This document shows positions 34,318-44,573 of a stretch of 64,000 nt of DNA, piece after piece. Every line of letters starts with the position of its first letter. Position 1 is the stretch's first letter. The translations under genes were made by a program, and so were the position numbers. The stretch comes from Mayamaea pseudoterrestris (Eukaryota). The notes beneath the pieces were generated by a model. The model had not been told where the DNA came from, did not search any database, and worked only from the letters and a program-made list of their open reading frames with translations. The stretch is from contig BROI01000037.1 of NCBI GenBank assembly GCA_027923505.1, forward strand, positions 62,001 through 126,000, given 5' to 3'.

Positions 34318-35043
34318 TCACAAGACTGCCGTCCCCATACAATTAAACTGCTCGACAAAGGATGGCGTGACAAGTCTGGGTTCCTTTTCAGCCGCAAAGA
34401 GCTGTAGCAAGCCCTCCGTCTCGTGCCGTAAAAAGTTGCTCAACATGACCAATGGCTTCTCAGTGTAGGATGACTGGTCAAGCAGCAATTCGTCGTCGGC
34501 ACCGTTACTGTCGTCTCGATCCGTTGGAAATAAACTTTCGCCCAAAAGGTTTGCATCTTCATCGTCGTCAAAGTCATCGTCGCTACAACCGCTCTGCTCA
34601 TTGTCGTCGTCACGGCTGCTATTAACCTCATCGCAATCCGTATCGGATAGAAGAAGATCCATCGAAGCGTTCTGCAAAATCGACTTGTCACTCGAACAAC
34701 TTGTACCGGCGTCATCGCCCGACGAACTGCTCGAGTCACTAATGTTGGCAATGGAGTCATTCTCCTCATCGTTCACATGCTCATGACAGTCCTCTTCGTC
34801 GTCGTCACCGTCATCATCGTCTTCGTCGTCCGAAGACGAAGTATTCCCACTCAGCACTAATTGCATTCTTCGCCGGGTTAATCGCTCGTCAACTCGTTTC
34901 AACACGACTGGGATGTGGATGGTGGTCGGAATACCTTCTGCATACGAGTCATTCTCCACCATGTCGCACGAGAAATCCTCCCAAGCTCCATGCTTGCGCT
35001 CCTCCTCCTGCCCCGAGCGACAGACGGAGCAAAGGCCGCCCAT
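34318..35043 (-). CDS. Hypothetical acidic low-complexity protein with MGGLCSVC N-terminus
   Basis: Open frame with Asp/Ser-rich tracts; ATG at 35043 gives Gly2 plus nearby Cys (acylation-like). Confidence 0.55.
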   Translation of the reverse strand: MGGLCSVCRSGQEEERKHGAWEDFSCDMVENDSYAEGIPTTIHIPVVLKRVDERLTRRRMQLVLSGNTSSSDDEDDDDGDDDEEDCHEHVNDEENDSIANISDSSSSSGDDAGTSCSSDKSILQNASMDLLLSDTDCDEVNSSRDDDNEQSGCSDDDFDDDEDANLLGESLFPTDRDDSNGADDELLLDQSSYTEKPLVMLSNFLRHETEGLLQLFAAEKEPRLVTPSFVEQFNCMGTAVL

Positions 35044-36012
35044 GTTGGAAAAACAACCAGTTGATGCTGTTGTTCTTTGGCAGCGGTGGGAAAGTGTGAG
35101 TGGAGTGACATCTGACACCACCCATCGGTTGGATGCTGATTGGCGCGGCGAACGTCGTCCACGTACGCACGATTGGTTAGGAGTGACGCCATGAGCGATC
35201 GTGAATTCAAAGTGAAAGCTTGAAAATGACCCAATGACTTAACGGCACCTCCCGCCACACGGGAAATAGCTTGCCGTAATCTTGCGTGTACAATAGGGAG
35301 GGAGAAAGGATTGTTTGCAAGCCACATGATAGCAACCGAAATATGGGTTGCATGACATGGCGCTTACAAATAAAGGATCGAAGAGTGTATGAAGGTTAAT
35401 TGGACAATGCGAATGCGGATCAGTGTGTTGGCTCTGAACGAAGGGAGCGATTGCAAAGAAGCATTTCTCTCAATTGCCGGAAACAGCTTGTCTAGCTCTC
35501 TCCTCTATCACTTTGTTGCTTGCTGCAGCTCCCATGGTGGTATATTCGATGAGAAGATCGCGATGTGTCGAGCTGCGCGAGTGAATATGCTTCGGTCCAC
35601 TTCTCAGACTACTCGTGACTCGTCGAGACTCTTTCTCGTCCGCTTCGTCTCATGACCACTAGAACATTCCAAACTTGCTATTTTATTTAAATTACCATAT
35701 ACACATACATCGAAATAACTTGCTGAGCTTGCTGGACTAACAGAAGCGATGTTTCGCGCTTGACATCAATATAACGTCTTTTTAACGTCCAACGAAGTGT
35801 TTGAGTTTTAAATTTCGTCCACTCCATCAAGGCAACTCCAGTCGACGCCAAATTAGTCAAGCTGACGGAGTAAGATGTGGCTTTGCACCAAAAAACAATC
35901 ATTGTGCTGCAAACGAAATAGACAAACCTCAATTGGAGCAAAGCTAGCAGGTATCGTTCAAAAACATTCGCCACTTGACGCTTCTACAGGTTGACGGTCG
36001 AAAGAAAGCGAG

Positions 36013-37383
36013 ATGCCTCATGACATTAGCGATCCAAGTCGACAGATTCAAGCGTTAGCGAAATTATCATCGATTTCTTCCCAACCTTGTACTTGCAAGA
36101 AATCTCAGTGTCTCAAGCTCTACTGTCACTGTTTTGCATCCTCGACGACATGTGGCTCTGCCTGTTCCTGCACCGACTGTCATAACACTGTCGCAAGTGG
36201 CCGGGAAATACTTGCACAAAGAAATCGCATGTATCACCACAACCAAAGGTTTCTCAACAGCAGCCATAGCAGCCGGTCACTTGCATTTGCTTCAACATTA
36301 TTTCGTCCTGAACCATTGAAACAGCAACAAACGCAAGTGCCTTCCGGCAAATTCGTCTCTTGCAAGTGTCGTAAGAGTCTCTGTCTCAAAAAATACTGTG
36401 AATGCTACAGCAAAAATTTCTTTTGCAGTCCTGGCTGTTCGTGTATGAACTGCAAAAACGTACCTGATGTGGACAAGGACAAGCCGGGTTCAGCAGGAGG
36501 CGGTGACGTGAACAATGAGGGAGTGCAAGCAACGTCGAGTCAAGCCGTCAATACTTCCAACGATGATAATATTCTTGAGGCTGCTCTTGCCATGACGGAG
36601 CTCATGGACCGGACACCGACAATGGCTCCTCGAGGGGAGAGCGACTACGCGGCCGCTCGAGAGATGGGAGAAAACGATCACCGCTTTTCGCATGTTCAAT
36701 TGGAAGGAAAGCGAATGCTCACAAGTCACAAGCGTCAATGTATACCTCCCTATGAAAACGCCTCCTTCAAGAAGCCTCGAAGTATAACATCAATGATGTG
36801 TTCGCCAAAATCTGGTCGTTCGACGATGCTGGTGGAAAGTCGCAACCAGTCTCCCAATCCACATGTAACACCGCACGAGTACGACCCCCACTACAACAAT
36901 GATGCTCATGAGTATTACCAAGCTCAACCACTACATCATCATTCCAGGTTAATTCATCGAGAACCGGTTCCACTCCCCCATCAACCCTTGACCTACCATG
37001 CTGCCGCTCCGCCGTCTAAGCGGAAGTCCGGTAGCTACCGACTATTAGACCACGAGCACCATCGCCATCAGCAACAAGCTCGCCATCATTGGTCATTGTT
37101 TGAACCGCATTCCAGAGACACTCCTTATTACAGAACTTCTCAAGAGTTTTTTCGTCATCATCAGCTCAAAGACGATGATCCATACGTTTCATCAACGTAT
37201 CCGGTCCGTCGGCATGAGGATTTCAGTTGCGAGCCTCACAGATATGCATCTGGACGTTATCCGTCAGGCAACTTTGCAGAAGGTGCATCATCAGTGTCAT
37301 CTTCTTCGTCCACCTTGACGACGCACTATACTGAGGTAACTCCAAGCAGCATGCAGCAGGCATTTTGCGATCCAGATACGTAG
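36013..37383 (+). CDS. CRC-domain (tesmin/TSO1-like CXC) DNA-binding protein
   Basis: Two CXC repeats: CTCKKSQCLKLYCHCF...C.C..C.N and CKCRKSLCLKKYCECY...C.C..CKN. Confidence 0.93.
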   Translation: MPHDISDPSRQIQALAKLSSISSQPCTCKKSQCLKLYCHCFASSTTCGSACSCTDCHNTVASGREILAQRNRMYHHNQRFLNSSHSSRSLAFASTLFRPEPLKQQQTQVPSGKFVSCKCRKSLCLKKYCECYSKNFFCSPGCSCMNCKNVPDVDKDKPGSAGGGDVNNEGVQATSSQAVNTSNDDNILEAALAMTELMDRTPTMAPRGESDYAAAREMGENDHRFSHVQLEGKRMLTSHKRQCIPPYENASFKKPRSITSMMCSPKSGRSTMLVESRNQSPNPHVTPHEYDPHYNNDAHEYYQAQPLHHHSRLIHREPVPLPHQPLTYHAAAPPSKRKSGSYRLLDHEHHRHQQQARHHWSLFEPHSRDTPYYRTSQEFFRHHQLKDDDPYVSSTYPVRRHEDFSCEPHRYASGRYPSGNFAEGASSVSSSSSTLTTHYTEVTPSSMQQAFCDPDT

Positions 37384-37781
37384 CATTGGCTAGACACGGC
37401 GTGCTGATATACATTCTGAATAAGAAAACATCTACATCAAGCTACCGATAGATCGACTAGCAATGAGCAGTGTTCACCGCAAAGAAGTCAACTCTCCATA
37501 AAGTGAATAACATGCATTTGAGGAAGGCAAACGAATAAAGTCAACTGACTACGTAGTTTATTGTACGTTAATATCTACATTCATCGTCTATTCGCAATGA
37601 TTTATTTTCCGCTACATTCAAAGACGCTAAGGACATCCCGGTAGAAGTAAAGCAATTTATTGTATACATACGGGTAGTCGTTACCGGCATAAGTTAGGGA
37701 AATTTTAAGGTGTTGGTGGGTTGGCGCGTGCCTGATCGATCAGGCAATCGTTAATGCGCGGTAGGGAAATCACTTAATCTT

Positions 37782-38927
37782 TTACACAGCCTCGCCCTGC
37801 CCTACTTTTAGTTCAATGTCTCCACCATTTGCTGCGTCAGCCCCGGCAGCATTAATGGCTGCAGTTTCTTCCGCTTCCCTGTCTTCAACAATCGGAGTTG
37901 GAGCCATTTCGTAAACCAAAACACCGCAAAGGGTAAATAGCAAGGCAAGATAGAACAATGGATCCGGAATAATGCGTTCCGCAATGACGGAAAATGCCAG
38001 AGACCAGGCGTCGCCCGTCAATAGACTCAAGTTGAGAAACGTTGCTTCGCTAAAGAGCAGAAATTGCGCCGCTCCCACGTAGCTGAGTATTCCGGACAAC
38101 AGGAATGCAATGGATATTCCCCACACTGCGCCTTGACGACATTCGGCGCCGTCCTGAAAGTACGTTTGTCCAATAGAGACTCGCTCGAAAATGACGCAAT
38201 GCACCCCAGCAATCAATGCTCCATACAGTCCAATGTTGCCCAAGTATTCGTAGGGACCTCCAAGGTTTCGGACGCTCACTTCACCAAGTACCTTGTTGAC
38301 ACCAAATAGTATACCACCAATGATTGCCAAAAAATCGCCTTTGACCATGGTTGACTTTGCTGCCGTATTCTTTTCAACATCCTCATAGTCTGACGTGACA
38401 TTGACAACGACTCCAATCAAGCATAGTATGACACCAGCAAAGTGTACCCACGTGTAGGAACGTCTCAAAAAGCATCGCGAAAGCACCATGGCAGCTGGAA
38501 CGGCGAGCGCATCCAACAGTGTCACGGAAGTGAGTGTCGTGAAGGAAAGTGCGAGGAAGATGAAAAAGTTGCCATAGACGTCGAGCGCGGCCATGACGAA
38601 AAAGACGACTGGACGTGGCGCAGCGGCGCATCTTTTGAAGCAGCCAGTCTGGTCAAACTCAGTCCTTGTCTCGTTTTGTTGGTGTAGATTAGTTGTCGAT
38701 TCATCGGCTGCTTGATGCTGATCGTCATGCTTGTTGCTTCGACAGCAACACAGGAAACAGCCAAGTGCAACGTAGAACCATAGCAGGGAAAACATGGGCG
38801 CGCTCGAGCCGCAATCCAGCGATAACGACGCTTGGGCGGCGCTCATGCATGAAAAGAGAAAGGAAAGGACTTGGCCAATCGCCAATACCTTCCAGTGCGA
38901 GCGAATGTGAGCAAACAGCTTTGTCAT
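37782..38927 (-). CDS. SLC35F-family (DUF914) drug/metabolite-type transporter
   Basis: GQVLSF, ALDVYGNF, TTLTSVTLLD, GDFLAIIG, ATFLNLSLLTGDAW; about 10 hydrophobic segments. Confidence 0.88.
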   Translation of the reverse strand: MTKLFAHIRSHWKVLAIGQVLSFLFSCMSAAQASLSLDCGSSAPMFSLLWFYVALGCFLCCCRSNKHDDQHQAADESTTNLHQQNETRTEFDQTGCFKRCAAAPRPVVFFVMAALDVYGNFFIFLALSFTTLTSVTLLDALAVPAAMVLSRCFLRRSYTWVHFAGVILCLIGVVVNVTSDYEDVEKNTAAKSTMVKGDFLAIIGGILFGVNKVLGEVSVRNLGGPYEYLGNIGLYGALIAGVHCVIFERVSIGQTYFQDGAECRQGAVWGISIAFLLSGILSYVGAAQFLLFSEATFLNLSLLTGDAWSLAFSVIAERIIPDPLFYLALLFTLCGVLVYEMAPTPIVEDREAEETAAINAAGADAANGGDIELKVGQGEAV

Positions 38928-39334
38928 GGTGATTGCTGTATTGCGGTGTTGTATAGCGTCGTGATCTTTTCGATATGTAGTAGTTTGAAGGTTTTGGTTG
39001 TAATCTAAAGATATTGCAGTCGACGGGCAGCTCTCGGCAGGCACATCTTTAGAGGTGCGTCGTTGTTCAACGGACCGGAAGCGATTCCGTCATGGTCATT
39101 TTCGTTTCACGTTTTGCGCAACGGAAACCGGTGGGCACTCTTTGTCTTACTGTCGAGAAATATAGCTTTGAATGTCACCATGCGACTCGCACCACGATCG
39201 AGGCAGGCAAGATCGAAATGTGAGATGATGGTGATCACTTCTTGAGTCGTTGACGTTCGCCTCCGTATCTTTCCCCACCACACCATCGACCAGACAAAGA
39301 AAGTGAGAAAGCGATATACAGCGAGACAGTAGCA

Positions 39335-39622
39335 ATGACCGACGTTAAAATCATTCGCTATCAAGCACAAGATGCTAACAATGCCGACGACGAGGAGGAG
39401 CCTGCTGGAACGTACATCAAGGCCACCGGCATGAAGCCTCCAGCTCCAAAGCCTGGCATGCTGAACCAAGAAATGGCCGAGGCGGCGGCAAAAAAGTTCA
39501 AAGAACGAGAAAAGGATATTCAGAAAGCCTGTGCCAAGGTGGATGCCAGGTTAGATGGCGGCGGCGAACATGACGAGACAACGCCAGCAACAAAGCAAGG
39601 ATGCGGTTGCATTATTCTGTAA
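39335..39622 (+). CDS. Small CaaX-box protein, paralog 1 (95 aa, ends GCGCIIL)
   Basis: ATG-to-stop ORF with clear amino-acid conservation to 40950-41252 (GTYIK, EKDIQKACAK, ATKQGCG). Confidence 0.8.
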   Translation: MTDVKIIRYQAQDANNADDEEEPAGTYIKATGMKPPAPKPGMLNQEMAEAAAKKFKEREKDIQKACAKVDARLDGGGEHDETTPATKQGCGCIIL

Positions 39623-40949
39623 AGTGTGCAACACGTTTCATGATCTGTACGTTATTCGTAATAAGTGATTGTTGGATGCAGTCTACAGGTATAGGTCTGG
39701 TTTTGACGAGCACGACAGGGTTAGGATCTCGTACGTAGCGCACTGATTGTATCATATATCATAGGTTCGAAGCCCTGATGAAACCATCTATAAGTGAATC
39801 TAATGGAAACGTAAGCGAAAGCGTCGCTGGACGATACAGCAAGACGGTACTCGTCGTAGTTTAATGCTTCGTGTCTGGAACGAGCGTAACCAGCTTCGCC
39901 TTTCAGCTCGACTGTCTCTGCTCGCGATAGCGGAGCAAGAAAGTACGAGCACAAAAACGCACACATGGGGAAGTAATGAAAGTGGCATTTCAAGACTTTA
40001 CCATAAGGTGATGAGATTCCATTTCCCAGGCTATTCGTACCGGCTTGACACCGACACTGACATTGCATGATGCAAGAATCAATCATTCTAGACACCGCCA
40101 CGGAGGCCATCCTTGAGCGCTCTTAAAATCCAGTGAAAAGTCATGTCCGTGAGCAGTCCGCATTCGTGCTACATGCAGGTTGGTGGTTGGTGAAGATACG
40201 ACATTTGGGCGGCACGCTGCAATTCCGCAACGAGATGGAGTCTGGAGCCTGCACGCTCGAATTTTACTATATTCGGAGCCCAATAATCCGCACTTGCTTA
40301 TGAGCGACAATGCTAATAGTGTTTATGCGAACATGGGTCGGTTAAATTAAGCACTCCTGCCAGAGGATAATGACGACGCTTGGTACTTGTCATTGCTGCT
40401 CATTTGCGAGAAATATAAGGCAAAGTGTCATTGTTTACTATCGCGACAGACAAGCCCAGTACCCCCACGAAGATGTAAACTATCTATAAATACTGTACGG
40501 TTTGTCTGCGCGCTGATTGGAAAGGGACGGTCCGAACGCAGGATTGCGTGTGGGTGTGGAGTGCTTGCTATGCAATGGCACTGCAGACTCAGCTGAATAA
40601 TAGGTGTGATGCAATCTCAGAGATCTGTTAGAGTTCAAAATTAGTTTACATACTTTCTTGTTGTATGCGTCTTGGTACAGTACAGCGATGGTATGATAGA
40701 AGTGTGTATGACTGCCACCCGTCGCGGTCGCAAAGCGGTCGATGAGGATGCACGACTCATGGTGGTTTCCGATTTTGTGAATACTCCATTTGTGAGTCGT
40801 GCCATCATAGCGTCAGTGAAAAAAGATCACGATCGTCGATCATCGTCTTCCATAGCACCTCGACAAGCTAAACGGCTTCATCAGCCTCTCCAAGCCTCAT
40901 ATAACAAAGCTGAACCGAGAACAAATACAGCAAGCCAAGAGTTGCTACC

Positions 40950-41252
40950 ATGACAGACAGCACTGCAATCAATTTTCAAGCCAGCCCAGCTGAAGAGCAG
41001 CCCGGAACATACATCAAGTCGACAGATGTAAATCATCAAACTTCGCAGCCCGGAGTAGAGCCTCAAGTAATCGCTGAGGATGCTGCCAAAGTTTTCAATG
41101 AGAAGGAAAAGGATATCCAAAAAGCCTGTGCTAAGAAGGACGCGGAGATTGATGCAAACGTACACGGAGGTGGCGGCGGCGTGGTCGAAGGTGAAAAAGC
41201 GGAAAAGCACAAAGCGACGAAGCAAGGATGTGGCGGTTGCACGATCCAATAA
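40950..41252 (+). CDS. Small CaaX-box protein, paralog 2 (100 aa, ends GCGGCTIQ)
   Basis: Paralogous to 39335-39622; frame-preserving indels and conserved blocks. Confidence 0.8.
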   Translation: MTDSTAINFQASPAEEQPGTYIKSTDVNHQTSQPGVEPQVIAEDAAKVFNEKEKDIQKACAKKDAEIDANVHGGGGGVVEGEKAEKHKATKQGCGGCTIQ

Positions 41253-42238
41253 GAGAGCAGGAAATGAATAGTGTTTGTGTTACTGTCAGTGTGATGATTT
41301 CAACGCTCCGTTGCGTTGACCGTGAGTAATCGGCCATTGAGAGCAATTGCGAGATGTGGCCGCAGGTTTAAGTGTCCAGTGTGTGTATGTTATGTGTAAG
41401 CCAGCAAATAACGTTAGCTTTAAGTAAACAAAATTTACAGTCATTGTATCTGTGTTCTAAACGTTATGGTGCATGGAAAAGCAGATCGAGGGCAGATGGA
41501 GAGAGCGCATGGATTTTTGGGCACTGCCGAAGGAAAATAAATTGTTGGTACCGGTACAACTTGCACTTCTGAAGGATACGAGCGCAAATCCATATACTAC
41601 CGCTACAGAAGCAAAGCTTTTAGTGAAATGAACGTCTGTTTATCTCACAAATTGGTTAAGTGAGACACCTAGTGGTGCGATAGTGGCGGGAGGGAGGATG
41701 TAGGTTTTAAGCGTTTCGCGTCGTTTATCGCCCGCCGAAACAAGCATTCACTGGTCAACCTATGTAGTACAATTGATTATCAACATGCCTAAAGGTAAAG
41801 CCAGAGGGTAACAATGGTTATCTCGATTCTCACTGTCTCTCGGGTAGTGATGGGCTTCTGGATTGGGCTTCCGTTTTGAACGGAACAACAGCAATCCGTC
41901 TGTCGGAAGCGAATGTCAAGTGTGAATCACAAAGAAATTGTGTTTCGACGATGAGCTTGCCAAGATGGCTAAAACAAAGGTCTCTTTGGTCTCGTATGCG
42001 CCGCACATTGTTAGAGCCTTGCCAAGCACGATTCGTACAGTAGCTAATAGTGGGTACCGGAGGGATGGCGCGCCGAGGCGCGGCACCATCGAACACTTTT
42101 CCATTGCGCGCCAGAAGATTTCGCCGATGATCCAAAACTCTGCCTCTCATCTGCCATGCGTTTGCTCACTTTATACGGCAGAAAGACTTCGGTCGAACCT
42201 TGTGTATCGTTGGAAACAATCAAACTTAATCAGTAATC

Positions 42239-43000
42239 ATGATGAATATGCAGCGTCTATCAACTCTCCTCTTGCTTCTGGTCGCTTCATGCTCCTCATG
42301 GTCAATGCCGCAACCAAATAATGGGGGCCGAACAATCCAGCGAGCGAACAAGCCAATGAGTAATCAGCAAAAGGCACTAGCAACGACAATGGAAGCGCCT
42401 CAGGAAGACGTCAAGATTCCTCAGCTTCCCAAGTTGGGAGTTGCAATCTGGGTCGCTGGACTAAGTGGATTCATTGTTCGCAACTACCAGCCGGACATGG
42501 AGTTTTGGCCAGCTACTCTTTCAGACTCTTATTCATCCTCCACCTATATACTGATTCATGCAGTCTCCGGTATGCTGTTTGCTGGAACAATCATTACAAC
42601 GACGCTGCTGGAATGGATTGTCGTTCAGTCCAAGGATCAAGCGGTGCAGCGATTCTGGTTCACGCAAGTTCCTGGCGTCGAGCAGGCACTAGTCTTGCCC
42701 GGACTGACAGGATCCATTGTATCGGGCGTGTTGCACGCCTTTCAAAAGTATGGCAGCTTGACGGAGGCGCCGTTTCATGTCACGTCGGCAGTGTACCTCC
42801 TACTGTTGTTTGGCGTCTGGTGGGGCGTTACGGACCAAACGACACAAGGCAAGGCATTTGACTATGTCATGTCAGATCAAGACATGAGCGACGACAAGCT
42901 TCCCACAGTTATGCTGGTCCGACGAGTGTCAAACATTGTGTCATGTGGCTTTTTGGTGGCGCTATATGCAGTCATGGTGTTGAAGCCAGGTATGGAGTAG
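42239..43000 (+). CDS. Integral membrane protein, DUF2269-like, with signal peptide / possible plastid presequence
   Basis: Signal peptide LLLLLVASCSS-W; HAVSGMLFAG, LVLPGLTGSIVSG, and terminal YAVMVLKP pattern; 4-5 hydrophobic helices. Confidence 0.7.
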   Translation: MMNMQRLSTLLLLLVASCSSWSMPQPNNGGRTIQRANKPMSNQQKALATTMEAPQEDVKIPQLPKLGVAIWVAGLSGFIVRNYQPDMEFWPATLSDSYSSSTYILIHAVSGMLFAGTIITTTLLEWIVVQSKDQAVQRFWFTQVPGVEQALVLPGLTGSIVSGVLHAFQKYGSLTEAPFHVTSAVYLLLLFGVWWGVTDQTTQGKAFDYVMSDQDMSDDKLPTVMLVRRVSNIVSCGFLVALYAVMVLKPGME

Positions 43001-43288
43001 ATCTTTGATGCAATTTAGATACGGCTCACAGCTGAGTTGATGGAAGAGGATTCATACTAGATCTTGTTTGTTTATATCAATTACTGTTTACAATTGTAGC
43101 TACGATAGTTCGCACTTGTAGCAGACAACTCCACAGCAAAAGCTACAGCTATCACAAATTGATTAATAACGGTGCGACAATGGAGACGGTTTGTGGATGG
43201 AACGAGCATCATTCCAATTGATCATCCCAACCAAATCACCATGGCATTTCACCATTCTTTTTTAAAATCCACTGCTTTTTTGGTATGA

Positions 43289-44494
43289 ATGGTGACTTCT
43301 CTACATCTTCAGTTGATATGCTTCATGATATTGACAATTGCGTCGTGTAGCGATCACATCAGACAAGATACACCGGCCTTTTTCGAGACAGAATCCAGCA
43401 TTCACCAAGCAGAAACATGTACAGTCGCATCAACATCTCCACCAACGATCAATGACATTGACTTGGGTGTCGAACAAGAGATGGAGGAGGAAGCTATAAA
43501 GGAAGTTGCTGAAGTGATCAGACAAGCCAACGATTACATGTACCGTCATATCTCGAGCAACCAGTTTACTCCGCAAGTCGTTCGCGACTGCAAGCTAAAA
43601 GATTCACTCTGCGCCTACTGGGCGACGCAGGATGAATGCAGCAGCAATCCAATCTACATGCACGAGCATTGCGGGCCAGTTTGTCAAACGTGCGACTGGC
43701 ACGACCTTTCAAAGCGGTGTCCCGTTGACGTGAGTGAAAATGCCTTGCGCAAGGCTGGCGACTTGAATGCATTGTTTAAACGGATCGCAAATGATGAATA
43801 TATTGTTCAAAAGTACAAGCTACAAGTATTGTCTCGGCCCCACGATGACGATTTAGCTGGCTATCAAGCACAGTCCGATGACGGCCCATGGATCCTTCAG
43901 TTTGACAACATTTTATCGAACGCAGATTGCCAACAATTCATTCAACTTGGCATGCAGGAAGGCTTTCAATTGAGCGAGGAAATATTGGAGGACCGATTGG
44001 ACGGAACATTTACGACGGGGCCCGTCAAGGAACGAACTTCCACTAATGCCTGGTGCACTAGCCAGGCATGCATGAACCATGATGCCGCTCGAAACTTGGA
44101 GCATTTCGTTGCCAATCTAACTGGCATTCCAAGTGACAACATGGAACACTTTCAAATAATACAGTATCTGCCGGGGCAATCCTATAACTCTCACAATGAC
44201 TACAAACTCTTCATGAACGCGCGGCCTAGCGGACAAAGGATTCTTACCTTTCTCATTTACCTGAACAATGTCGACGGAGGAGGCGAAACGAGGTTTCCAG
44301 CGCTGCATAACATTACTGTCGTCCCAAAGGCCGGTAGAGCAATCCTTTGGCCGTCAGTGTTGGACGCGAACCCGGCGAGGAAAGATGAGCGAACCTTGCA
44401 TGCGGCGCTGGAGGTGACGGAAGGATTCAAGTATGCGATTAACACTTGGATACACATGCGAGACTTCAAAACATCGTGGCGAATCGGTTGCTAA
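43289..44494 (+). CDS. Prolyl 4-hydroxylase (2OG-Fe(II) dioxygenase) with ShKT domain and signal peptide
   Basis: C..WA...EC..NP.YM...C...C..C (ShKT); RTSTNAW, HND (HxD), RILTFLIYLN, GGETRFP, HAAL.V..G.K. Confidence 0.93.
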   Translation: MVTSLHLQLICFMILTIASCSDHIRQDTPAFFETESSIHQAETCTVASTSPPTINDIDLGVEQEMEEEAIKEVAEVIRQANDYMYRHISSNQFTPQVVRDCKLKDSLCAYWATQDECSSNPIYMHEHCGPVCQTCDWHDLSKRCPVDVSENALRKAGDLNALFKRIANDEYIVQKYKLQVLSRPHDDDLAGYQAQSDDGPWILQFDNILSNADCQQFIQLGMQEGFQLSEEILEDRLDGTFTTGPVKERTSTNAWCTSQACMNHDAARNLEHFVANLTGIPSDNMEHFQIIQYLPGQSYNSHNDYKLFMNARPSGQRILTFLIYLNNVDGGGETRFPALHNITVVPKAGRAILWPSVLDANPARKDERTLHAALEVTEGFKYAINTWIHMRDFKTSWRIGC

Positions 44495-44573
44495 ATAAAT
44501 AAAAAGGGTTTTTATAACCAGGTATTCTATGGATCACGTAATATATTTCTACCACTGCACACGTTGCTGTCCT

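Noticed and set aside
37715..37772. TPP-riboswitch-like words (CCTGATC...TAATGC...GTAGGGAA) beside the SLC35F transporter 3' end
   Set aside because: Wrong strand for the transporter mRNA and no upstream CTGAGA element; best explained as the 18-bp palindrome TGCCTGATCGATCAGGCA
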